A stretch of 64,000 nt of DNA from Octopus sinensis (Eukaryota). Numbering within the stretch: the first letter of the stretch is position 1; the number at the start of each line of letters is the position of its first letter. The translations under genes were made by a program, and so were the position numbers. The notes beneath the pieces are model-generated. The model was not told where the DNA came from and did no database searches. It worked only from the letters and a program-made list of their open reading frames with translations. Of the stretch, positions 38,006 to 50,731 are shown piece after piece. Where the stretch lies: positions 22,258,001 to 22,322,000 of the forward strand of contig NC_043003.1 of NCBI RefSeq assembly GCF_006345805.1, given 5' to 3'.

Positions 38006-39796
38006 TTTCATTCTCTTTTGACTCAGTAATGACACCACCTCTACTCAAATATCATCTTTATGCTAGGTCAGCCACAGTCCTACAGCACTATTTTGTCTAC
38101 ACACTACTGCCAGAGCACCAAGCTGCTAAGCTGTCCTCACAATTTTTTCGATAGCACCAGAACACATATTACACCACATCATGCTATGTCATGCACCTCA
38201 CAGCACTACAGCTCTACTTAGCCATACCACAGCTCTAGACACAGCCACTACATCTAAGTGTCTGAAATATCCAATCTGACAGTAAGCACCATTCGTTTTG
38301 CGAGAATATGTCACTTCATATTTCCAACACTTAAACAAGATATTCAGCAATGTGACTACCATTTGCCGGAATCTTCCACTTGCAGTTTGGTTGCTACAGT
38401 AACAGGTAAATCTTACCAAGTGGATTTATATCTCTGTAATTTGATGGCAATTTTAAGACTGGATATGCTGTAGCCGTAGCTGAAATCAAACCATTAGTAG
38501 TAGTAGTGGTGGTGATGGTTTTGAAAACTGCAAGAAGTGGGGAGAAGGGAGTTTAGAAACAGCAGCAAAATGGTTAAACCATGCAAAAATATGAAGTCTC
38601 AGATTTATTTCTAAGGCATGGCTGTGTAGTTAAGAAGTTTGTTTCCAAGCTGTGTGGTTTCTGTTTCAGTTCCACATTTGGCATCTTGAACGAGTTTCTT
38701 CTACTGTAGTCCCATGCTGACCAAAAATTGTAAACGAATTTGAAACTGAAAGTGAAAGTGTTGTGTATATACGTGTGTGTGTGTGTGTGTATTATTGTGT
38801 GATAGTTTGAAGCAAGTGTCTTTTGTGAAAAGCATGTCTAGCTATGGGAAAATATTACTTTGCTTGGAAACAAGCAGGGGTTGGTGACAGGAAGGGCATC
38901 CAGCTAGAAAAAACCTGCCTCAATAAATTTTGCTTGATCTAAGCAAGCATAGTAAAAGTGAATGTTAAATGATGATGTTTATGCTCTTCAACTTCTAGTT
39001 TTAATATTTAAAATACAGGATAGGCACTATATATCATTATTATCATTATTATTACTAATAATAATTATTTCTACTCTAGGCAGGAAACCTTGAAAATTTT
39101 GGGGCAAGGGAGTTAGTCGATTATATCAACCCCAGTGCATAACTGGTATTTATTTCATCGACCCTGAAAGTTGACCTAAGTGGAATTTGAACTCGGAACA
39201 TAAGCATTTTGCACTGGCATGCTAACAATTCTGCCAGCTCGCTGCCTTAATAATAGTAATAAGAATACAGATACTCAACATGAGGGCAGTGCATGCCGAA
39301 AAACTGTTCTATTCAGCTAGGATTTTGAGATAGGTACTTTAGTGTTGAATATTTTCCATGAAGTACCGACCCTTCTAATTTGTAGAAAGAGACCCTGTGA
39401 GACAATTGACAACAGGATACTGTCTGCTCTCACCGAAGTAACCAGCACAAGAATGTGGTGAGCTGGCAGAAATGTTAGTATGTTGGGCAAAATGCTTAGT
39501 TGTATTTCGTCTGTCAGAGTTCAAATTCCTCCGAGGTCGAATTTGCTTTTCATTCTTTTGGGGTTGATAAGTTAAGTACATAAATCTAAACTGATACTTC
39601 TAAATGTAAATCTGTCTTCTGAGCCCTCTTGGAAACTTTGTCTTTTACTTCTGTTGTATTTCTTGTATCTATACACAGCTGCCCATCCATATGGCCATCC
39701 ATCCAATTAATCAATCAATCAACCATTCATCCACTCAGTCTTCTACTCCAGGACAAGGCAGTACCCCAGCATGGCTGCTGTCCAATGTAACAAAAG

Positions 39797-39847
<51 letters not shown>

Positions 39848-40077
39848 TGTGCATGCACATGCATGGACACACACACACACCACCACCATATTTAGCATAA
39901 AATCAGAAAGGCCTAAATTTCACTTATAGTTCATAATTGAGCTCTTAATCATCATAGATTCATTTTTTGTTGTTTCTATGTTTCTACATCAATTCTCTTT
40001 CTCTCTCCATCCCCTCTCTCTTTATATATGTGTATTTTTCTGTGTGTATATATATATATACATATATAATATGTATA

Positions 40078-40169
<92 letters not shown>

Positions 40170-41063
40170 GATGTAATGGAGCTCTATGGGTGTGTTGAGA
40201 ATTATGTTTTCAGATGACAAAAAGAAAAACAGCAACATCTCACTATTGCTGTTTATTATACATATATATACAATGGAATATACTGCAAGATTCTTTTGAA
40301 CATCATACATTTCTGAAACTGGGTTAACTAATGGAGAACTGGGTTAAACTGCTCTGAATGCAGTTTCCCCCTCTAAAATATACTCATTTGTGTTTGGTAC
40401 ACTGTTACGCTTGTTTGGAACATGACCATGTCTGTCGATAACATAGCCACACCCTCTTTGGTTAAAATCAGAATTTTCAAAATCAAAGTACCACCCTCCA
40501 TTCCTCTTTCCTAATATTTTTTGGGTGAGGATATATATATATATATATAAATTAGAGAAAAACCACTATTATGCAATTCAATGTTGTTATTATTATTATT
40601 GCACACACGCACACACACATATACACATATATATATGTACATACATACATACATATACACACATTCTTTTATTCTTTTACTTGTTTCAGTCATTTGACTG
40701 CAGCCATGTTGGAACACTGCCTTTAGTCAAACAAATCGACTCCAGAACTTATTCTTTGTTAGCCTAGCTCCTATTCTATTGGTCTCTTTTTGCAGAATCG
40801 CTAAATGATGGGAACATATGCACACCAACATTGGTGGAAGGACAAACACAGACACAAATAACAAATACATACATACATATGTACATACATATATATTTTC
40901 AACAGGCTTCTTTCAGTTTCCATCTACCAAATCCACTCACAAGGCTTTGGTCGGTCTGAGGCTATAGTTGAAGACAATTGCCTAATGTGCCATGCAGTGG
41001 GACTGAACCGGAGCCATGTGGTTGGGAAGGAAGCTTTTTACCACACAGCCACTCCTGCACATG

Positions 41064-41177
<114 letters not shown>

Positions 41178-42309
41178 TGCATACGTACTGGAAAGGTTAG
41201 GATTGGTTCCTTGTTGCTGTAAGTCATGTTGTGGAGTTCTAGCAATTTCTGGCCAGTGGCTTTTCCTCTGGTCATGTTACAGTAATTTGTTTTATTCTCC
41301 CACCACCTTAGTTGAAGGGGCTTTTCCCTTTACTTTTCCTGTCTTGCAAGTAACTTGGGAACCTCACTAGTGCTGGTTATATTGTAGGGTGCAGAGACAA
41401 TACACTTTTTATACATTGTAAAGTTAAAGTAGTTGGTGTTGGGAAGATCATCCAATATTAGAAACCATGCTAAGTCAGAGAGTAGAGCTTTTCACAGCCC
41501 TTTGGCTCATTGGCTTCTGTTGAACTGTTCAACCCATCCCAGCATAGAAGATGGATGATAAATGATGATGATGATGATAAGGATGTTCTTGGATTTAAAA
41601 GTAGGGTTTCTTAAAGTGGCCCACCTTGGGGTGAGTGAAGCTTAGAGATGCACAAGTGGTTAATTTACTAGTTTGCATTTATAAATCTCTTCATCACAAG
41701 GGAATAAGTACCACTGGACCTTATAGTTTAGTTGCCAGGTATTGTACATCTAATTGAATGTTCAAAGGATGTGATGGTCATTAATGATGTGTTTTTCATT
41801 TGCAACCTGTTCAAAACATGTTTTTTGATTGAATGAATGCTCTGGCTCTGAGTGGAAAGATCTGGATGCTTTAGGCATCCAACCCTTGCAAGCATGGCAA
41901 AATGGATATTAAATAATGGTTTAACTAGTTGCAATCATTGTATTGCAATAATACTGGGGTACTACTGCCTTTGTGTGTGTGTGTGATACTTATTTGTGTG
42001 TCTGTTTATTAAATTCATGAATTACATCCGTTTAGGAAATTACTTCCCCTTTGAGTGCAAGTCTCACACATACACATGCACACTCACATTACAGACAAAC
42101 ACACGATTACACTGGCACACACACATGTAATGGGCTTCTATTTGGTTTCTATCTTCCAAATTTCACGCATGATGTATTGGTCAATCTTAGGGTATGGTTT
42201 GATGATGACACTTGCCCAAGACACTGTGCAGTAGAATTGAACTCAGAACCACGTAGTTTTGAAGCAAACCATCTTGATCATGCAACTATAATTATGCCCA
42301 TGTCATGCT

Positions 42310-42670
42310 GTGGAGGTGCAATGGTCCAGTGGTTAGGTCAGGGGACTCGTGGTTTTAGGATCGCGGTTTCAATTCCCAGACCGGGTATTGTGTGTTTATT
42401 GAGCGAAAACACCTAAAGCTCCACAAGGCTCCATAAAGGGTGGTGGTGAACTCTTTCACCACAACATTCTCTCACTCTTTCTGTTTCTGTTGTACTTGTA
42501 TTTCAAAGGGCCAGCCTTGTCACACCCTGTATCACGCTGAATCATCCTGAGAACTATGTTAAGGGTACACGTGTTTGTGGAGTGCTCAGCCACTTGCACG
42601 TTAATTTCACAAGCAGGGTGTTCCGTTGATCAGATCAACTGGAACACTCGTCGTAACCGATGGAGTACCA
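42310..42670 (+). mobile_element. tRNA-derived SINE family D; same head at 25111-25417(-), 48417-48718(-) and 52272-52580(+)
   Basis: Shared head GTGGAGGTGCAATGGYCCAGTGGT...GGTTTCRATTCCCAGACCGGG...TTATTGAGCGAAAACACC, with different 3' tails. Confidence 0.85.
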
Positions 42671-42872
42671 TCATGTCATGCTACATTAAATTTAGTGTAT
42701 ATGTGAGGTGGTACATACTCATGTTGTCTTGCATTGATATTTTTTTTTTGTGTATAAGGAGGCTTTGGTCGGCCTGAGGCTATAGTAGAGACACTTGGCC
42801 AAGGTGCCATGCAGCAGGAGTGATCCTGGAACCATGTGGTTGATAAGCAGCTACTTATCACCCAGCCATGCC

Positions 42873-42938
<66 letters not shown>

Positions 42939-44944
42939 AATGCAATGATGTTGATTATTGATAATATTGATACGGTCAAGCAAGATCACCTTAGGAGAGT
43001 GTTCTGCATACTAAATGGAAATGTGGTAGCATCTCATTCCTTAGCTCCACCTCTTTCTCTCTCATCAGCTCTACCTCTTTCTGTGCCTCCCTCCTTAGCA
43101 TTACCTCTCTGCCTCTCACTGTAACCCCACCCACCTCAGCTTGCCTCTCCCTTCTTCCTCAGTTGGCTTTTCTCCTCAGCTTAACCTCTCCTTCTTGGCT
43201 CTGTTTCTCTCTCCTTAGCTCTGCCTTTTCCTCACTCTCTCCTTCCACTTCTACAGCTCTACTTTTTTCCTTTTTATCTCCACCTTTCTCTTACTGCCTT
43301 CACAGTTCTCTTTCTCTTTTTTTCCCTTCTCTCACAGTTTTACCTCTCTTTCTCCCTTCCTTTCTAAGTTTCACACTCTCTTTCTGCATCACTTTCACAT
43401 ACTCTTTTATTTCTTTCTCAAACTTATTCCTTACTTAACTGTACACTGCAGCAAGACAAAAAGAAATTCTTACTCATTAGGGCCGTGGACTCAGTGCAGA
43501 TGTATTCATAAAACTTCTAATTAGAGAGAATGCTGTTGTTTAGCCCCTGGTCAGGCTGGATTAAGGAGACCTATGATGAAAACTATTGTAGCCATCACCC
43601 TCCCATTCCTTTCCCAGTCACAGTGCAGCTAAAACTATATACTCCAATATACTCTTTTACTTGTTTATGTCATTTGACTGCGGCCATGCTGGAGCACCAC
43701 CTTTAATCGAGCAACTCAACCCCGGGACTTATTCTTTGTAAGCCCAGTACTTATTCTATTGGTCTCTTTTGCCGAACCGCTAAGTGACGGGGACATAAAC
43801 ACATCAGCATCGGTTGTCAAGCAATGCTAGGGGGACAGACACACACACACACACATATATACATATATACGATGGGCTTCTTTCAGTTTCCGTCTACCAA
43901 ATCCACTCACAAAGCTTTGGTCGGCCCGAGGCTATAGTAGAAGACACTTGCCCAAGGTGCCACCAGTGGGACTGAACCCGGAACCATGTGGTTGGTAAGC
44001 AAGCTACTTACCACACAGCCACTCCTGTTCATTTTTTAAAAGAAATTAGACTGTAATTTGAGAGAGATTTGACTGCTATTTCTAACATGGTGAAAGACCA
44101 GATAGAGGACTCCTTCTCTAATTGATGCGTATAAACATTTAATTGATGCAAACAAAGGACACCTTCCACTATTTTATTCCATGCTCTTGTGTTTCATACT
44201 TGAAATCTCACCAAGGTTTTTGTAGTTTTTTCCTTGAATTCTCCCTTCTCAGCTTTAACTCTCCCTTCTCTCTTTTTCCCTACATCTCTACAGTTCTGCT
44301 TCTCTTCCTTTATCTCCACCTCTCTTTCTATCTCCAAAAACTCTACTTCCCTGTAGAGAGTTTCTGGAGACTACACCAAACAGGTTCAGCTGATTCCTGT
44401 TAAATCACATTCTTCAATCTTAAAAAAACCCAACAAAATCCTAAAAAAAAAAAGACACATTACATTGAATGTCATCCTAGATATACTATGCCTCAATCAA
44501 AGAAGGAAATGAATAATTATTACTGGCATGTCTTTTATGACTGCATCCCTCAAACTAATTAACGGCAACAAGCAACTGGAGTTAATAAGAGAAGTGCCAA
44601 AATTACTTAGATATATATTACATCATGGTCAAAAGTAATTCTTATTTGTCATAGGTGGAAATAGAAGAAAGGGAGCAGAATTAGATGCTGTTCCTGCTGC
44701 TGTTGTACTCCACTTTTGATACTAATTGCTCATTATTTATCTTGCATTCTGTCATTGTCTTAAGCTGCTCCTAAACAAGTACCAACTAAGGCTGACAGTT
44801 ATGTTCAGTTGTCATTCCTAGTCACACTGCAGAATAGCAGGTGGAGGTAAATGGGAGTAAAGATTACTTCATTCATCTATGGAATGCCAATGGATGTAAC
44901 CTTACTACATATTTCTTTATACTTCTTCATTATTTATGAAGATA

Positions 44945-45108
44945 GGCGCAGGAGTGGCTGTGTGGTAAGTAGCTTGCTTACCAACCACATGGTTCCGGGT
45001 TCAGTCCCACTGCGTGGCACCTTGGGCAGGTGTCTTCTACTATAGCCTTGGGCCGACCAAGCCTTGTGAGTGGATTTGGTAGACGGAAACTGAAAGAAGC
45101 CCATTGTG

Positions 45109-45158
<50 letters not shown>

Positions 45159-45390
45159 TACACATATGTATGTATGTATATGTTTGTGTGCATCTGTGTT
45201 TGTCCTCCTCCCCCCCCAACATTGCTTAATAACCGATGCTGGTGTTTACATCCCCGTCACTTAGCAGTTCAGCAAGAGAGACCGATAGAATAAGTACTAG
45301 GCTTACAAAGAATAAGTCCTGGGGTTTATTTGCTCGACTAAAGAACGTGCTCCAGCATGGCCATGGTCAAATGACTGAAACAGCAAAAAA
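44945..45390 (+). mobile_element. Composite CORE-type SINE family B with an internal microsatellite; other copies 19483-19880(+), 20841-21255(+), 22389-22792(-), 30617-31008(-), 40671-41058(-), 43650-44027(-)
   Basis: tRNA-like head GGAGTGGCTGTGTGGTAAG...GGTTCAGTCCC and CORE-like GGCACCTTGGGCAAGTGTCTT. Then a variable (TA)/(TG) tract and a constant 3' half ending AAATGACTGAAACAAGTAAAAG. Confidence 0.9.
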
Positions 45391-45689
45391 AAAAAATTGT
45401 ATTGTGTGTGTATGCGTAGTCTTGTGGTTTAGTGGTTAGGGTGTTGCACTAGTAAGTATAAGATTGTAGTTTTGATTCTTGGCCCAGGCAGTGTGCTGTG
45501 TTCTTGAGTAAAATACTTCATTTCACATTGCTCCAGTCTACTTTGCTAGCAAAAATGTGCACTCCTGTGATGGACCAGTGTCCTGTCCAGGTGGGAATAT
45601 ATATACCACAGAGTCCAGGAAACCAGACTTATGTGTTTAGTCTATGGTTCAGGAAGACCTTTGATTCTATATATATATATATATATATA

Positions 45690-46959
45690 CGAGGGGCGTT
45701 CAATAAGTAATGCCCCTGACCCACTTCCCATAGCAGTAGAGCAACGAAACTTGGTACAGTTATTAGTCTTTTTCTACATATGAACCACCCAGAGTTACGC
45801 ATTTCTCCCATCGTTTGATGTGGCTCTGGAGACCATCTTTGTAGAAGAACCCAGCTTGGTCCTCCAACCTCAACATGACTTCAGAAATCAAGGCTGCATC
45901 ATCTGGGAAATGCTTTCCTTTCAAAAACAACTTCATGATTGGGAAGAGGTGAAAATCAGAGGGTGCAAGGTCAGGAAAGTAGGGGGGATGGGGAGGAGTT
46001 CATAGCCATACACCTGTGCTTCTGATCTGGCGACAAGCGAGTTGTGGACTGGAGCATTGTCCTGCAGGAGGAGGATGCCTTTGCTGATCTTGCCCCACCT
46101 CTTGATTTTGATAACTTCTCGTAATTTCTTCAAAAGTGAAGCATAATAGGCTCCTGCAATTGTGGTACCCTTTGCCAGGAAATCTGTCATCACTACTCCG
46201 TCCTGGTCCCAGAAGACTGTGAGCATGACCTTGCCAGCGGAGGGCTGCACCCTTGCCTACTTTGGAGGGGGTGAGTCACGGTGCTTCCACTGCATTGACT
46301 GGGCTTTGGTCTCTGGATCATCGTGATGGACCCAGGTTTCATCCTGTGTAATCAGTCTTTTGAAAAATTTTGACTCATCTTCTTGGCACATCTCCAAATT
46401 CACCCTCGAGCACTCGACGCGTTCTTGCTTCTGGAAAGGCGTGAGCAACCTGGGAATCCATCTGGCAGACACCTTTTGCATATGCAAATGGTCATGAATG
46501 ATAGTTTCCACAGACCCGGTACTAATCTTGACCTCATGGGCTATTTGGCGAATAATTATGCGTCGATCTTCCAAAATGGCAGCCTCATCAATGGCAGAAG
46601 GGGGCGACCAGATCTGGGAGCTGTTTCCACAGAGTTCCAACCATGTTTGAATTCACGATGCTAGCGTTTTACAAGGTCATATGATGGGGCATCATCACCA
46701 TAAGTTACTTTCATTTCATCAAAAGTCTCCCGTGGTGTGCGTCCTTTCAAATACAAAAACCGGATCACTGCTTGACACTCAACAGGCTCCATTTCACACT
46801 TGACTCAGTTCAAACACCTGTAAATCAGAAACCACAATTAATTCAGAGCTGTAATTTGCCACTTACTCTATAGAGATATAAATGATTGCACATGCAAAAT
46901 TTCAGCTAGATCAAACAACTGCAAGTGGGTCAGAGGCATTACTTATTGAACGTCCCTCG
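45690..46959 (-). mobile_element. Full-length mariner transposon (irritans-subfamily-like), pseudogenised
   Basis: TIRs CGAGGGGCGTTCAATAAGTAATGCC and GGCATTACTTATTGAACGTCCCTCG, flanked by TA inside a (TA)n tract; 1,270 bp. Minus-strand fragments contain WIPRLL, TQDETWVHH, QDNAPVH and DLAPSDFHLF, split by frameshifts. Confidence 0.93.
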
Positions 46960-49036
46960 TATATATATATATTTACATGTATACACACACACAGGTGTGT
47001 GAATGAGTGGATCAAGAAAGTAGCACCCAATATATTTGGTTGGAGTTACATGTATTTAATTACAGTTTAATTGCTCATCTTGGTCAGATGTTCAGAGTAA
47101 GGTTAGGATTTTAAATTACAGTTACGATCCATCTGACAAGCTTTAACATATTTTCTGTCTACCTAATTTTAGTCATAAGATCTGGGTCAGCTCTCAGGAC
47201 ATAGCAAATGACATTTGCCCAAGGTGCCACTTATGTTCCAACCCAGGACTTCATGAAAGTGGGATCCAACCCAGGACCAAAGTAAAGTTCATAACCATCC
47301 AGCCATACTGCAGAACAATCCCTTCAACAGCTGCCAGTTGGACATCATTATGATTTCGACACCTCTGGCAGTACCATTCCTTTCAGTGATATTAGATGGC
47401 ATTGATATTACCATGGAATCTTTATCCTTTATCTGTTTCAGTCATTGGACTGTGTTCATGCACACACATATACACACAACATATGCATGCATGTACACAC
47501 TCTCTCTGTTAAATTTTCATCTAGATGTCCCTGTTTTGTACTTGTGGGAAGTTGATCATTAATTTATGACTTGCTTTTTAAAACTAACCATTCATGTGTG
47601 TGTATGTGAGTATGTGGGTATAGAGGTTATATTTGTGCTTGTGTGTGTATAAATGTATGTGTGTAATGTGTGTATGCATACATATGTATATGTTTTGTGT
47701 GTGTATGTGTATATATGTATATGCATGTATATGTGTGTAAAACATTTGTGTGTGTGTATGTGTATATATGTATATGCATGTATATGTGTGTAAAACATTT
47801 GTATGTGTATGTATGTGTATATGTATATATAGTTTGTATAAGTATATGCATATCATCTGGCATAGAATGGCATGATAAGCATGCACTCTGCACTGGAATA
47901 AATGACTGGAATATTTGTTGTTTAACCTTTCCAGGTCAGCCTTGATTTTGCAAACCTAAGATCAAAGGCATTCCATCTGTCAACACTTAATGTTTTGTAT
48001 ATCTTGAACTACAATGTCCAACATGCCTTTCCTTTATTAAGATTATGAGGTATGATTGAGGGGAGATTGGACTGTTATTTTAGCATGATAGGGTAACCAT
48101 GCAATGAATGTTTTGTTAACTTTCCTTGTCATATTTTCAAATGGTGTGTCTTGTTCATATGGAGAGTAAGTTTATTAAAAGTTTCTCTGGTAAAAGGTGA
48201 CAAAAGGCTGGCTGAGCTTCATGCTGTCACACTTATAGTTATCTTCAGAGTTTTGTAAATGAAGAAGCAGTAATTTCTTATAATATATAGGTTCAGGCAT
48301 GGCTGTGTAGTTAAAAAGTCTGTTTTCCAAGCACATAGTTGTGGGTTCAGTACCATTGCATGACACTTTGTGCTGGTGCTTGCTTTCTACTATAGCTGTT
48401 ATTTATTTTATTTATGTGCCCTTTTCAAGCATAGCCAGGCTCATGGGCCCAGTTTCGTGGTTTCTATGGCGAATGTGTTCCCCCCAGCTGGACAGGACGC
48501 CAGTCCATCGCAGCATTACTCAAGAAACAGGAAGAAAGAGTGAGAGAAAGTTGGTGTGAAAGAGTACAACAGGGGTTGCCACCACTCCCTGCCGGAGCCT
48601 CGTGGAGCTTTCGGTGTTTTCGCTCAATAAACACACACAACACCCGGTCTGGGAATCGAAACCACGATCCTCTGACCGTGAGTCCACTGCCTTTACCACT
48701 GGGCCATTGCACCTCCACAATGCGCCCTTTTAAAGCCTAGCCAGGCTCATGGGCTGGGTTTCCTGGTTTTAATGGCGTATATGTTTCCCAGCTGGACGGG
48801 ACACCAGTCCATTGCAGCGTTACTATTTTAACCAGCTGAGTGGACTGGAGCAATGTGAAATGAAGTGTTTTGCTCAAGAACACAATGCATCGCCCGGTCC
48901 AGGAATCGAAACCACAATCTTACGATCATGATGCTGACACCTTAACCACTAAGCCACACGCCTCCACACTACAGCTGTATGTTGACCAAAATCTTTGATT
49001 TAATTTGATAAACTGAAACTTAAGGTCCTCTATGTA

Positions 49037-49067
<31 letters not shown>

Positions 49068-49908
49068 TGTGTGTGTGCAAAAGGATGTATGAACCTAATG
49101 TAGGTTCAACAATAACATGGGCCTTCAGAAATTCTGGGCTGGTGTCCAACATGCTAGAAGAACATTGGGAGTGAGGCACTCCTTAGTTTTTTATATTTCT
49201 TAGAGATGGTCACTCTGATATGGAAGTAGTTATGCCAGGAATGATAGTGAACTTTTTGGGAATATTGCACTTAAGGTCATGATGCTCCTATGTTCCTGAG
49301 CTTGTAACCCATATTTTGACACTGGATTTCTTGCCTTGGCTTGTCTCATATCAGTTGGGTGGAGAAGGTTTATGAGTTGCTGCACAATCTTTATTTGACC
49401 TTAAATTTTAGGTTGTGCAATTATTGGTGAGGCAACTATTCGATAGCTGGAGTAGGAGGGTACTGTGGAAAGCATGGAAGCTGCGGGCACAAACCTGGGT
49501 GAAGGTGACTGTTGGTGCGATAATCTCATGCATGGGTATTGCTGGCATTTTGTATGGGCAATGGTCAGTGATTTCTTTGGCCATCATCATATATATATAT
49601 GTATGTGTTTATATGTATTATGGGTGTGTATGAATTTGTCTCTTTGTCTTGAGATTGCACAATGGTTGTCAACAACCATTACCATCATATAAGTAGAAAT
49701 ATTACCTTGCTTGGAAACAGGTAGGGTTGGTGAAAAGAATGATGTCTGTTTGTAGAAAATCTGATTCAATGAACTCTGATGTTTGCAAGCATGGAAAAGT
49801 GGACATTAAAATGACCATGATGAGGTTCATGATGGTTTGTGAGCCAAGCACTCTTAATTAGATTTGTGTCTGCTCAGTCCTTCCATATGCTAAGCTGACT
49901 GTGTTTAA

Positions 49909-50375
49909 CCCTTTAGCATTCAGATTATTCTCTTATATATAATGCTTATTTACTCTCTTTTACTCTTTGTTCACATTGTTTTCAGTTAATCATGCATTAC
50001 CTTGTGGCTTCAATATTTCAACAATGTGATTGTATATTTTTAGAATGACATTGTAGTGTAGGTGCAAGAGGCTAGATCTGGCCAATTTGAACGTAACATG
50101 GGTAGAATTTTGGGCCAGGTATGGCTGGGCTAACCCATTAATGCATAGCTTCCTGAAAAATGGATGCAGGAAAAATTACTATTGCTTGTTAAGTAAACTA
50201 CCTATTGAGCTTATTTTTAGTATAGTCTGCCTCTAAACTAGTGCTCTATGAATGAGCAGGCACTATGTCCTAACAAACCAATTATACACATGTACAAAAC
50301 GTTTTAATAGTAATTTTTCCTGCGTCCATTTTTCTGGACGCTATGCATTAATGGGTTAAATGCTAAATGATTGGG
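49909..50375 (+). mobile_element. piggyBac-like MITE family (TTAA-CCCTTTAGCATT...AATGCTAAAGGG-TTAA); other copies ~3298-3480, 13290-13482, 25555-25777, 32780-33001
   Basis: Shared body (cagattattctg...tgcattatct...aatgacattgtag...gaatattt) and TTAA-CCC/GGG-TTAA ends across several copies. Confidence 0.7.
50134..50355. mobile_element. piggyBac-like MITE (222 bp) nested in another TTAA-type MITE
   Basis: ~50-bp TIRs CCCATTAATGCATAGCTTCCTGAAAAATGGATGCAGGAAAAATTACTATT and its near-complement. Flanked by CTAA/TTAA, i.e. a TTAA duplication with one substitution. Confidence 0.8.
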
Positions 50376-50529
50376 TAAAGAGAATTCTGTTCTATTGTGA
50401 TTGGCTGGCATTTTAGGATGGATGATTGGTGGCATTGTTTTGTGGGTGTGATTGCATTTGTACACACAAACATACATTTTTATGTCTACTGGTCTATTAA
50501 GTTATTCCTTTTTTTGCTGATTTTTCCAG

Positions 50530-50560
50530 ATGTTTCAATGGAAGGATAAGTTAACTCCAG
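50530..50560 (+). CDS. KANK: Possible alternative phase-1 micro-exon or start (MFQWKDKLTP plus 1 nt)
   Basis: Pyrimidine tract and acceptor tttttccag at 50521-50529, ATG at 50530, donor CAG|gtaaaa at 50561. The phase is compatible with 54867. Confidence 0.35.
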
Positions 50561-50679
50561 GTAAAACACCTTCAATCGCCGTCCCGTGATTAAGAACTAC
50601 TCTCTCTCTTATTTGGGAAAACAAGAACAAAAACAAAACCAAACAAAAGCCTCAAACATTCTGGAAATATCAAACTACA

Positions 50680-50731
50680 ATGGCGACATACCGTGAGGAA
50701 ATTGTGCGAGCAGAATTGAAAACTCCACCTG
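50680..50731 (+). CDS. KANK: Probable first coding exon of KANK (MATYREEIVRAELKTPP plus 1 nt)
   Basis: ATG in strong context (acaATGG), 52 nt, ending in a G|gtatgt donor in phase 1. This joins in frame to the giant exon (G+CT=Ala, ...TPP-A-GPPLTQKY). It lies in non-repetitive sequence. Confidence 0.7.

Noticed and set aside
37348-38154. 268-aa His/Pro-rich ORF and overlapping ORFs
   Set aside because: Stop-free only because of CAC/CAT repeat composition; open in several frames on both strands.
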